Below, piece by piece: positions 1 through 10,879 of a stretch of DNA of 64,000 nucleotides. A program made the position numbers and the translations under genes. Source of the stretch: Octopus bimaculoides (lineage: Eukaryota). The notes below the pieces were generated by a model, which saw only the letters and a list, made by a program, of their open reading frames with translations, did no database searches and was not told the origin of the DNA. The stretch lies in assembly GCF_001194135.2 (NCBI RefSeq), contig NC_068984.1:23831778-23895777 (forward strand). The letters are read 5' to 3'. Each line of letters starts with the position of its first letter. Position 1 is the first letter of the stretch.

Positions 1-381
1 AAGGTGCAGGTTCTCTTGACAGCATGTTGACCAATCTTCAGAGAAGACATACTCAGTTTCCTTCCCCAATTATTAGCATAAATATTGCGTTGCTATGTAA
101 AGCAGTCATAACTTAAAGTTAGTACCGCAGTGGATAATCTTAGTTGCATATTTTGGATTTTGATGAGCTCATCATTAATTAAACAATTCTTATTTTATCC
201 AAAGCACAACCTTAATCAGAAGGACTGAAATTAATTTAAATATTACGAAGCACAGTTGTGAGCGAAATAAGAACGTAAGCACATTCATATTCCTTCTGTG
301 CTTCTGATGTGCGAGAATATCGAGGAACTCTTCTGATGGACCGGTTTACGATGTATCTACACACACACACAGAGTTGGATG

Positions 382-428
<47 letters not shown>

Positions 429-873
429 NNNNNNNNNNNNNNNNNNNNNNNNNNNNNNNNNNNNNNNNNNNNNNNNNNNNNNNNNNNNNNNNNNNNNNNN
501 NNNNNNNNNNNNNNNNNNNNNNNNNNNNNNNNNNNNNNNNNNNNNNNNNNNNNNNNNNNNNNNNNNNNNNNNNNNNNNNNNNNNNNNNNNNNNNNNNNNN
601 NNNNNNNNNNNNNNNNNNNNNNNNNNNNNNNNNNNNNNNNNNNNNNNNNNNNNNNNNNNNNNNNNNNNNNNNNNNNNNNNNNNNNNNNNNNNNNNNNNNN
701 NNNNNNNNNNNNNNNNNNNNNNNNNNNNNNNNNNNNNNNNNNNNNNNNNNNNNNNNNNNNNNNNNNNNNNNNNNNNNNNNNNNNNNNNNNNNNNNNNNNN
801 NNNNNNNNNNNNNNNNNNNNNNNNNNNNNNNNNNNNNNNNNNNNNNNNNNNNNNNNNNNNNNNNNNNNNNNNN

Positions 874-914
<41 letters not shown>

Positions 915-915
<1 letters not shown>

Positions 916-1098
916 CTTACACGTATGCCATTGGCAATTTTTGTCTCCATCTTCAGACTTTTCTCTTTCTCTTTTCCGACGAAGAGCTATGCTCGAAACG
1001 TCAAATTCTCTCCTTTCACTGAGCGATAAGCTAATACATTTCTTGTGCACATCCTCACCTTCGTCTTTATCGTTTTTTTATTTGAATTAACTACATAT
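915..1098 (+). mobile_element. Short hammerhead-motif element (Penelope pLTR/retrozyme-like), mutated core
   Basis: Homologous (reverse complement) to 45457-45667. Contains CCGACGA-A-GAGC-TAT-GCTC-GAAA-CGTC at 976-1002; preceded by a (TA)n/(CA)n tract. Confidence 0.7.
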
Positions 1099-1728
1099 CA
1101 ACTATATCAAATTACATTCTACCATCTTATGGAAGAGCATAATGTAGAATGTGGTTCTTGATTTACTGTACCCGAAACAAGTTGCTCATGGTTCTGATGT
1201 CTGATCATATATATCTACACAATGAGAGCTGAGGAGGGTCTAAAATAAGATAAAAAATCGGAAAAAACCCCCCAATTTTCGACTGTTTCAGGGGTTCCAT
1301 TCTTTTCTACGATTGTCATATTTTTGCTCACACCAGATAGTAATGACTGCTGCTGTTGCCATAATGTCCAAAAAGTCACTGGTCGCTATCGGGTATATAT
1401 GCAAGAGAAAATGTAACGTTATTTGGGTTAACGTGTTTATATAGGAATCTACGTTGTTTTAACATTATAGATCTTTTGTGTAAACTGAGTATGACTAAAT
1501 AGAGTGAGGTCGAATGATATTTAAATAAAGCTTTTCTTTCTAGCATTTTATAGAATGTAGAGACTGTGACTGTATAGGTCAGTATGATCTGTAAATGCTT
1601 AATGTTTAATGTTGACATGGGTTACTTAAATGGCAGATTCATCACAACAGAAGCATATGACATCCCCAAACTGTGGTGTGTGTGTGTGCGTGCGCGCGCC
1701 CATGTATTGTATGTACACACACACACAC

Positions 1729-1759
<31 letters not shown>

Positions 1760-2596
1760 TGTATGTATGTATGTATGTATGTATGTATGTGTGTATGCAT
1801 GTATGTATGTTTGCAAGCATGTATTAATGTATGTATGGATTATTGTATATAATCAAATACTTGGACAACAGCACTATGCGATGAGAAGGTAAAATACGAT
1901 TTTGAAGGATTCCAGAGAAATGATTTTCATCGTAAACTTCAAAGGGCAGGTGGAATAGCTTTTGCAGAAGTCGACGTCTAAACCTGGTAAGAAAACAGAA
2001 ACTGACTCAAGATACCAAGTGTTAGAAATCAAAAGAAGAAAAGATTTCTTGTTGGCGACTGCAGAGTAGAGAGGAGGATGACGAACGATCGTTTAAGAAA
2101 CTCAAACTCTCTGTTATACGACAAATCTTTTCATAATGTCATTTCATTTGTTGACTTGTCAACAGACACCGATATTCAGCACTATTATCAACTTCTTCCA
2201 GCTTTAAAGAAAATAATTATCCAGATGTAGTGTCAGTAGGTGAATAATTAAAACTTGACTCATTTTGTCAATTCAATTCGTGCCACCTTGATTGCATTAT
2301 TTAGCCTGCTGATGATACTTGTGACCGTAAACTGTTGACTTCACCCCCTTTAGTTAACTCAGACATCGTGTGGGAGGCAACCCGTGACGAAGTTATCACC
2401 TCTATTTTTACCTCATCCTCACTACATCGCACTCATCTTTACGCTGTCTCCCATAAATTTCATTTAATTTACGGTAGTAACTGTTTAATTTTTGCGTGAT
2501 GTAAGTTTAGATAATTTTATAATTTATGTTTTATATAGATATATGAGGCTTGCAGTTTTGTTATATATAGATATATAAGGCTTACTAGTTTTATTA

Positions 2597-2848
2597 TGGA
2601 TTTCATATTTTGGCCGAAAGTCAGCAAGTTCGGGGAGAGGGTGAGTCAATGACATTGATCATAGTGCTCAACTGGTATTTATTTCATCGACCTCGCAAGG
2701 GATGAAAGGCAAAGTCGACCTCGCAAGGGATGAAAGGCAAAGTCGACCTCGCAAGGGATGAAAGGCAAAGTCGACCTCGGCGGAATTCAAACCCACAACC
2801 TAAAGACAGACGGCTACTATTTATAATATTTTAAACGCTTAGCGGCAT
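2597..2848 (-). mobile_element. tRNA-derived SINE family A copy with internal tandem amplification
   Basis: Matches the family A core atcgacc..gaaaggatgaaaggcaaagtcgacctcggcggaatt seen in about 20 copies in this window. Confidence 0.85.
2687..2770. repeat. 3 x 28-bp identical tandem repeat inside a SINE
   Basis: tcgacctcgcaagggatgaaaggcaaag at 2687, 2715 and 2743, with no spacers. Confidence 0.95.
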
Positions 2849-2885
2849 NNNNNNNNNNNNNNNNNNNNNNNNNNNNNNNNNNNNN

Positions 2886-2950
2886 GGGGTCGATATGATC
2901 GATTAACCACTTTCCTCAAAATTACTGGCCTTCTACCAAAAGTTAGCAAG
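2886..2950 (+). mobile_element. SINE family A 3' tail fragment
   Basis: ggggtcgat..atcga....aaaattactggcctt tail motif after an N gap. Confidence 0.6.
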
Positions 2951-3805
2951 AATTACCCACCTTGGTTGATTCTCGTTTCATGTGTAGATTTTATTTGACA
3001 ATACATTTTACTAGCAACCAGTCTGTTGGAGATGCGCTTCAATTTCGGAGTTTTCTTTTTTCTAAACGTTCAGCACTCAGTCTATATTTCCAATATCATA
3101 AACGTATGATACTTTGTAGCCTTTGATTTTTTTTTTTTCCAAATGCATGCTGATAATGAAATTTTTCAGGAATATGCTTTTAAATGTGTAAATTACCATT
3201 ATGTTGAACAAATTTAAAGAACTTTTCTTTCATGTTTTTTTTTTTTTTGTAATTCAGAAAGAGAAGAATTCCATGCCCATGTGATCATTCAATAACTTGC
3301 TCATAATCGTTTCTCAGCATAAAAAAGTCTATGACATCATCCTGATTAGTGTTACTCATCATCTCTTTGGAATTGGAAGGTATGATGAAAAAATTTCGGA
3401 GTTTATGTTTAGCCTGCCACAATATGAATTGAAACCATTCAGTTATAAAAGCATTAACAGCCCAGTCTACGACAATACAGATCAAAAGTATCCTGGATGA
3501 AATTCTGCAACGTGCTCTGTTCCTCTTTGTTATTTCACATCATTATGTTGTACGATGATCAGGAACAAGATATCTAATGGTTAGAAAGATATGGACCTCT
3601 ATTCTTTCTGAATAAATAATAACAACAATAGTATATGAAGATTAGCCTAACTTTTCACGAAGGTGAGTATACAATTAAAGGAGCGCGATATGTTCAATTC
3701 AATAATGAAAGTCAATGTGTTTTATTACATATCGCATCGTACTCTAACAGCAGCAGCAGCAGCGACAGCAACAGCAACAACAACAGCAGCAACAACAACA
3801 ACAAC

Positions 3806-3942
3806 AATTCTTTCTACTATCGGTACGAGACATGGAATTTTATGGGAGAGAGCTAGTTGATTACATTACCCCAGTGCATGACTAATATTTATTTCATCGA
3901 CCCCGAAAGGAGGAAAGATAAAATCGGCCTTAACGGAATTTC
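3806..3942 (-). mobile_element. SINE family A 3' half
   Basis: ttctttctactat tail plus atttcatcgaccccgaaagga core. Confidence 0.75.
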
Positions 3943-3989
3943 TATTATAATAATAATAATAATAAATCACCAAAAACATGTAATGAAAA

Positions 3990-4442
3990 GAAATACAACT
4001 GCAGAATATGTGATGATGAAGAAGAAACAATAAATCATATTGTCTCTGGCTACTTAGTCCTAGCTAAGAAGGAATATATTCATAGACACAACTAGAGTTG
4101 GGACCTATATACGCTGAAAGCTATGCCAACACTATGGAATAACAATAGAAAAAAGATGGTACAGGCACACGCCAAAAAAAGTCACAGAAAAAGAGAAAGC
4201 AACCATACTCTGGGATATACCAATACATACAGATAGAGAAATTGAGTCCAATAGGGCGGATATAGCTGTCAGAGATCACCAAGGAAAAAATGCTTTCTAA
4301 TCGTGCCTGGTGCGTTGGGAACAATTAGTAAAGATATAGTCAAATGGCCGAAGAAGATTAAAATAGAATGCCCAGTAGCGCCCAACAGAAAGTTTGTCTC
4401 TTAAGGACAGCAAGGATTATCAGGTAGGTTCTAAGCACTTGA
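3990..4442 (+). mobile_element. Decayed non-LTR retrotransposon C-terminus, restriction-like endonuclease type (R4/Dong/NeSL-like)
   Basis: Translates with stops and frameshifts to CRICDDEEETINHIVSG (CCHC-type knuckle), YIHRHNRV, ILWDIPIHTDREIESNRADI (NRPD-like), and after an internal deletion GALGTISK...KVCLLRTARIIR. Confidence 0.9.
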
Positions 4443-4789
4443 AAGACTACTGAAATTTGAATTACAGTCTCTGGTTGTAATTCAAATATTAACTCTTACT
4501 AACTGGTGAGCTCGGACATCCGGTTAAAGCGGACAACCATTCTCCTATTGATATGGCTTAATGAGTGTTCACTTTATATTTCTCTATGTACTGAATCATA
4601 GCACTAAGACAAGATCGTAAATCACAGTGTAGTGCCTTGTATACAGTGTTTGCAGTTTCTTCAGCAAATATTTCAGTTAAGCAGACGTTAATTGTATTCC
4701 CCTCTTTACAAATACGGTTTAGTTTATGATCTTCTTACGGATTTAGTTGTTGATAAAAGGCGGTCTCTTGTTTAGGTATAGTATACCCA

Positions 4790-4897
4790 AGACTACCTTA
4801 TCCAATGTGCTATTCTTTTGTAGAATCGTGATTTGAGGATGATTTGACTGTTATTTGCAGTTGGTTGAGAGACCATACAGAAGTTTCCTTTATTAGC
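4790..4897 (+). repeat. Old interspersed repeat family E, 3' part
   Basis: gatttgagg..gatttgactgttatttgcag..gacca motif shared with the copies at 13914, 25490, 26203, 36376, 36686 and 37314. Confidence 0.55.
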
Positions 4898-5477
4898 TCA
4901 AAGGAGATTAAGTCGTGTAGTTTCGCACGCGACTCACACTAAGATTGCAGAACGACCCTTGCTTTTGCTCCGTGAGCGCTAACCTTGAGCAGCACAGCTT
5001 AATATTCTTTTGCTCGTATTGTTAATATTTATTTTTCTCTGAAAATTCTTATGAATTTCACAAAATACTCATTGCTAATAATTTATATATCTTATTAATT
5101 TCCTTATACAACCAAATCTTTTATAAAGTCTCCGTATGTGTGCATGTGCGCGTGCGTGTGTACGTGCGTGCGTCAGTGTCTACATGGGTAGTATAAGATA
5201 TGGGTTCAGAGAATAATGTAGCTACCACAATAAGCTCCTCGTACGGACTCGTCTATCAGCCTATGCAGTAATCTACAAACTAGTATAATGTAAAGTGTCC
5301 ATGCAAACGAAAATCCAACTCTAGTTGTGTGTGTGTATCTTCGAAGAGGAATTGAAATTGACATTGAAGAACATGTAAAAAAATTTCTCTCATTAAATTT
5401 ATGCTTGTAAAACTGCACCAATTAGCGTGTCAGTCATGCTATTTACTAGGAAGCACTTTACATTAAAATAATAATAA

Positions 5478-6078
5478 GACAGCGGCTCTGATGGCTTCTG
5501 ATCTTAACTGATTGGAAGTATTATCATGTACATGTTTTGTCTTGATGTAAAAGACGGGCTGCAGCAAATATTCTGCTCAATAACACAGATTTGCTTGTCA
5601 GTTGCTTGACCACAACTAGTTGAGTACATCCCTTAGTGGCTGATGATAAGTACATCTCTGATCACGGGCAGGAGTAGTGAGGGAGCATCATAGCCATGTG
5701 TTGAGAGGAATTCTCTGGGGTTTGCATAATTTACCGCTGGAAACAAGAGTGTTTCGTTCATCATCCTTAAACAACCTTTATTCAGGGACCTTTTGAGTGG
5801 GTTGGTCCACTCGAAGTGAAGAAAATTCTAACCAAATCACCAGTTCTGCTTACCAAAGGTGGCCCACTTGGCACCGTGCATTCGTCATGCAAGGTCATGC
5901 GCTGTTTATCTTGATATGAGATCACCATGCCGTGCAATATGGTTATGAATGCATGTACCTGGTGTACTCTTATCAGACGGGTGGTCATGATGGGGTATAT
6001 TAGGCTTCGTATATTTATACCTCAGTGGTGTCAATTTTGATGGCATGCGCTACTTTCTCACTCAATAATAATAATAAT
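5478..6078 (+). mobile_element. Probable retroposon 3' region inserted in (TAA)n
   Basis: GC-richer non-coding block with (TAA)n on both sides and a (TAA)n tail; no ORF evidence, family assignment uncertain. Confidence 0.45.
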
Positions 6079-6643
6079 GATGACGACGACGATGATGATG
6101 ATGATGATAATGATAATACCTAATTATAGAAAAACAAAATTTTAAAACAGTGACATGTTTAACATACATAGCAATGAAAACAACCTACCACAGTCAATGA
6201 ATTTTGTGGTACTTAATGATACAGTAATACTTCACGTACATTACCAGGGAGGCCAATATGGCTACCTACGCCATTGCTTATGGTATTGTTTGAATGAAAT
6301 TCTCTCGTAATTCTTAATAGCTCATCAGGCCCTCAATGAAAACCTCGTCATGATTACAAGTGCAAGTTTTGCTTCACACCATTCTAAGCTATTAAGTAAC
6401 AACAACCATATTAGCTGGTCAATCAGGGATCGAATTCTGTTGTAAACTCGGTTTATGTGGTTTACTGTTCAGTCAGTGAGACGTTTTGAGTTGTTTCTGA
6501 TACAATCAACTGAATCGGTTCCCTATGTTTCTGGCTCTTAATTTGCCCCTCATCGAAATCGATGAAGAGCAAGGTGTACTTTGGTTGATATTATACTGGT
6601 ATTGACTCTTTGAAATTTGGCTGTTTGTCAACTGGAAAGAAAC

Positions 6644-6675
<32 letters not shown>

Positions 6676-6686
6676 TGTATGTATGA

Positions 6687-7040
6687 GGAGGCGCAACGGC
6701 CCAGTGGTTAGGACAGCGGACTCACGGTCATAGGATCGCGGTTTATTGAGGGTTTATTGAGCGAAAACACCTAAAGCTCCACGAGGTTCCGGCAGGGGAT
6801 GGTGGCGAACCCTGCTGTACTCTTTCACCACAACTTTCTCTCACTCTTACTTCCTGTTTCTGTTGTACCTGTATTTCAAAGGGCCAGCCTTGTCACACTG
6901 TGTCACGCTGAATATCCCCGAGAACTACGTTAAGGGTACACGTGTCTGTGGAGTTCTCAGCCACTTGCACGTTAATTTCACGAGTTGATCGGATCAACTG
7001 GAACCCTCCTCGTCGTAAGCGACGGAGTGCCAACAACAAC
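6687..7040 (+). mobile_element. tRNA-derived SINE family C, B box apparently deleted, inserted in (TATG)n
   Basis: Head ggaggcgcaacggcccagtggttagg (A box) resembles the head at 35610; ends in (CAA)n; (GTAT)n on both flanks. Confidence 0.8.
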
Positions 7041-7545
7041 GTATGTATGTATGTATCTATGTATGTATGTATTATGTATGTATGTATGTATGTATGTATG
7101 CATGCATGTATGTATGTATGTATGTATGTATGTATGTATGAATGAGTGTGTGTGTGTATGCATATGCCTTAATACATATGAATTAGCAGCAGCATCATCT
7201 TTATCATCTTTTTTTAATGTCCACTTTTCCATGCTTGCATCATAATCATTACACAACATTTCACCAATGTACAACAGGTGTAAAAATATGATTTTAAAGC
7301 AAGACTATCGTTCATTCCACTTTCTATCATTTATCTATTTATATAACCTCTATGGATTCTATGGAATTCCTGATATATATCCAGTAGCAGGAGCATTTCG
7401 ACTGTATGTTGACATTAGGTAGCCGATAACTGTGGATGAGCTTTGCATAGCATTCTACAAGGTTTTTACCCGAGTCTTATTTAACTATGCACGTACATAT
7501 ATTTTTTTTATAATCATATTTATGCATGCTACATACATTATTTTG

Positions 7546-7876
7546 CGATGGGGTGCTGAAAAGTTCCTGGCTTTGCGTAAAAGAAAATACAGGAGGCTCA
7601 GTTAATTATGATTTTATCCAACGTGTTCCCCTCTCAGATTCACACACTTATTGTAGCGGTCCTTCAGTTTTCTATCGGTGTCTATTTTGCTTACCATCAC
7701 TTTGGAGATCGATAAAATAAGTTCCAGTAATATACTGAGGTCGATTTCTTAAACCCAATTCCTTTCATATACCCAGTGGAAAAAAAAACACGCAAACAAA
7801 AAAATTCGGAAAGTCGGATCTCCAACTAGGCCTTTCGCGAGACCCTTAAAGGCAGGAACTTTTCAGCATCTCATCG
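7546..7876. mobile_element. Tc1/mariner-type MITE carrying an insertion
   Basis: 29-bp terminal inverted repeats, 26/29 identical (cgatggggtgctgaaaagttcctggcttt / aaaggcaggaacttttcagcatctcatcg). Confidence 0.85.
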
Positions 7877-8390
7877 TTCATGACACATTGTCGTAATAAT
7901 ATTTGAAGGACAAAAATATTAACAAGCCATTTTCTGGACACTTCTTTGAACTCTTAAAAATATTTAGAAAAGGCAAGAAAAAAAAACAATGATCAACAAA
8001 AAAGACGAAACAAAAAAAAATTCAATTATGAATACATAGAAATTTCACGTCGAATAAAAATTTCATCAACTCCAATAAAACAAGAATTTCCAATGAGGAC
8101 AATTATCGTTTTATTTCTACGATAAAGGTCATGTGACCTCATAACAAAAAAAGTCAAAGGCAAATCTGTATAATGTACAACGTGGCAACAAGTGATGTTT
8201 TATGAGTTTAGGTTTTTCCTGGTGTAGGAATCGTTTTTTTACTTTACATGGTTGTAAAGTTTTCATTTAGTTTATAATGTACAATTACATGAAATGTAAT
8301 ATATATATATCTATATCTATCTATATATATATATATATATACACATACACACACACATATATACATATGTGAATCTCATTGTTTTTTCTG

Positions 8391-8600
8391 AAGTCGGAAG
8401 AAATGACCGTAACAGTAAAAACAATCGTTGTAAATGCCTTTGTGGCATTTAGTTCGGCACCTCGAAATTCTGTGTTCAAATTATCCCACCGGAGTCTTTT
8501 TTTTTTTTTGCATATCATCACTTTGGAGATCGATAAAATAAGTACCAGTAATATACTGGAGTTGATTTCTTATACCCAATTCCTTTCAAAATTGGTCATA
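8391..8600 (+). mobile_element. Diverged SINE family A-related copy
   Basis: ttctgtgttcaaatt B-box region and tcgataaaataagtaccagt core. Confidence 0.55.
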
Positions 8601-9962
8601 TATCCAGTGGAAAAAAACAAACAAACCGTTGTCTGGTATAGCATATCTCAGTGCATTGTTAAATTTTGCAACAAAGGGGCGAATCTTATTAAAATAACAA
8701 GGGTTTTTTATTGGAGTTAGACCTCGCTGAGTGTATATTTTTACACGCGGGGATGTAAGGATGTATGTATGTATGCGTATGTGTGTAGTCTGCGTTTGTA
8801 TGTATGTATGCATGATGTATGTATGTATCCATGTATACATATATATGTACATGTTTNNNNNNNNNNATCTCAGTGCATTGTTAAATTTTGCAACAAAGGG
8901 GCGAATCTTATTAAAACAACAAGGGTTTTTTTATTGGAGTTAGACCTCGCTGAGTGTATATTTTTACACGCGGGGATGTAAGGATGTATGTATGTATGCG
9001 TATGTGTGTAGTCTGCGTTTGTATGTATGTATGCATGATGTATGTATGTATCCATGTANNNNNNNNNNNNNNNNNNNNNNNNNNNNNNNNNNNNNNNNNN
9101 NNNNNNNNNNNNNNNNNNNNNNNNNNNNNNNNNNNNNNNNNNNNNNNNNNNNNNNNNNNNNNNNNNNNNNNNNNNNNNNNNNNNNNNNNNNNNNNNNNNN
9201 NNNNNNNNNNNNNNNNNNNNNNNNNNNNNNNNNNNNNNNNNNNNNNNNNNNNNNNNNNNNNNNNNNNNNNNNNNNNNNNNNNNNNNNNNNNNNNNNNNNN
9301 NNNNNNNNNNNNNNNNNNNNNNNNNNNNNNNNNNNNNNNNNNNNNNNNNNNNNNNNNNNNNNNNNNNNNNNNNNNNNNNNNNNNNNNNNNNNNNNNNNNN
9401 NNNNNNNNNNNNNNNNNNNNNNNNNNNNNNNNNNNNNNNNNNNNNNNNNNNNNNNNNNNNNNNNNNNNNNNNNNNNNNNNNNNNNNNNNNNNNNNNNNNN
9501 NNNNNNNNNNNNNNNNNNNNNNNNNNNNNNNNNNNNNNNNNNNNNNNNNNNNNNNNNNNNNNNNNNNNNNNNNNNNNNNNNNNNNNNNNNNNNNNNNNNN
9601 NNNNNNNNNNNNNNNNNNNNNNNNNNNNNNNNNNNNNNNNNNNNNNNNNNNNNNNNNNNNNNNNNNNNNNNNNNNNNNNNNNNNNNNNNNNNNNNNNNNN
9701 NNNNNNNNNNNNNNNNNNNNNNNNNNNNNNNNNNNNNNNNNNNNNNNNNNNNNNNNNNNNNNNNNNNNNNNNNNNNNNNNNNNNNNNNNNNNNNNNNNNN
9801 NNNNNNNNNNNNNNNNNNNNNNNNNNNNNNNNNNNNNNNNNNNNNNNNNNNNNNNNNNNNNNNNNNNNNNNNNNNNNNNNNNNNNNNNNNNNNNNNNNNN
9901 NNNNNNNNNNTATATATATATATATACATACATATATATATATATACATACACATACACACA

Positions 9963-10014
<52 letters not shown>

Positions 10015-10581
10015 CACACGCTTACATACACATGCTTGCAGGTACGCATGCACACGTAGATAAGATATTCATGAATTCTTGCTTGAGTACGAATGTTCCT
10101 GAGAGAAAGTGTGTGCGTTTTGTGTGCATGTGCGTGTACATGCACGTGTGCATGTTTATTTGTGTTTGTGTTTGTGTATGTGTAAGGATGAAATATTTAT
10201 ATTATACTGAAAATGGCTACTAGCGACTGCCAGTTACACCGCTATAATTTCGGACATTGTTAATGATAAACCATGCAATATTTTGTGTAATGTAATGGCA
10301 GTTCTTGTCAGCGACACATGGAACATTCTTCTTCTCTTCCCACTATTCTCTTTTTTTGTTTCCTAAACAGGTCGAGGATTAAGATTTTGGCGAGAACCAT
10401 CATCGCTCTGTTGGGATCAAAGATTACAAGGCACCATGCATCAAATCGATATTAAGATGACATCATGCAACTGCAACTATTCACATTCGAAATAATTTCA
10501 TAATTCATCTTTTCGCGAACATCTCTGCCTCTTCACCGCCTCCACCATTATCTATTTTATCTCACTCATTCATTTCCTCTC

Positions 10582-10587
10582 TTTATT
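10582..10587 (-). promoter_or_regulatory. Candidate polyadenylation signal for the GPCR
   Basis: AATAAA on the minus strand about 290 nt past the stop; motif only, and common by chance in AT-rich DNA. Confidence 0.3.
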
Positions 10588-10879
10588 ATTTCTCTCCTCC
10601 CTTTCTCTCACACATCTTTCTTGTTCATCTCTCTTGCTAATTTCTCTGCTGATCTAAATACATTCCCCGTTCACAGAACGCTCACATCATCTCATTCCTT
10701 ATCAATCTCTCCTTTCCTTTCGTAGTCTGTCCGTCTCTCTACAATTATTTTCCATACTAAATACACGCACAAGCGCGCGCATACGTACGTACACACACAC
10801 ACACACACACACACACGCACTTTCCCTGTTGTAGATCTCATCGTCCATTCTCTCGCTAATGAAAGTCCCGTTGTTTAAA

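Noticed and set aside
320-350. Hammerhead-like CAGAAGA-G-TTCCT-C-GATA on the minus strand
   Set aside because: Two core mismatches, a 1-bp stem II and no second copy in the window.
2687-2780. 28-bp repeats as a CRISPR array
   Set aside because: No spacers, eukaryotic context, and the unit is part of a SINE.
3259-3500. AG/GT-bounded segment and short ORFs near 3259-3500
   Set aside because: Stops in all three frames of the bounded segment and no recognisable protein motif.
6687-6760. SINE heads (here and at 15317, 19390, 35610, 48881) as tRNA genes
   Set aside because: A/B boxes are present, but no complete cloverleaf, and each continues into a multicopy SINE body.
8645-9058. Tandem duplication of about 190 bp (8645 onward and 8867 onward)
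   Set aside because: The copies flank a 10-N gap and differ by about one base; most likely unmerged contig overlap or two haplotypes.
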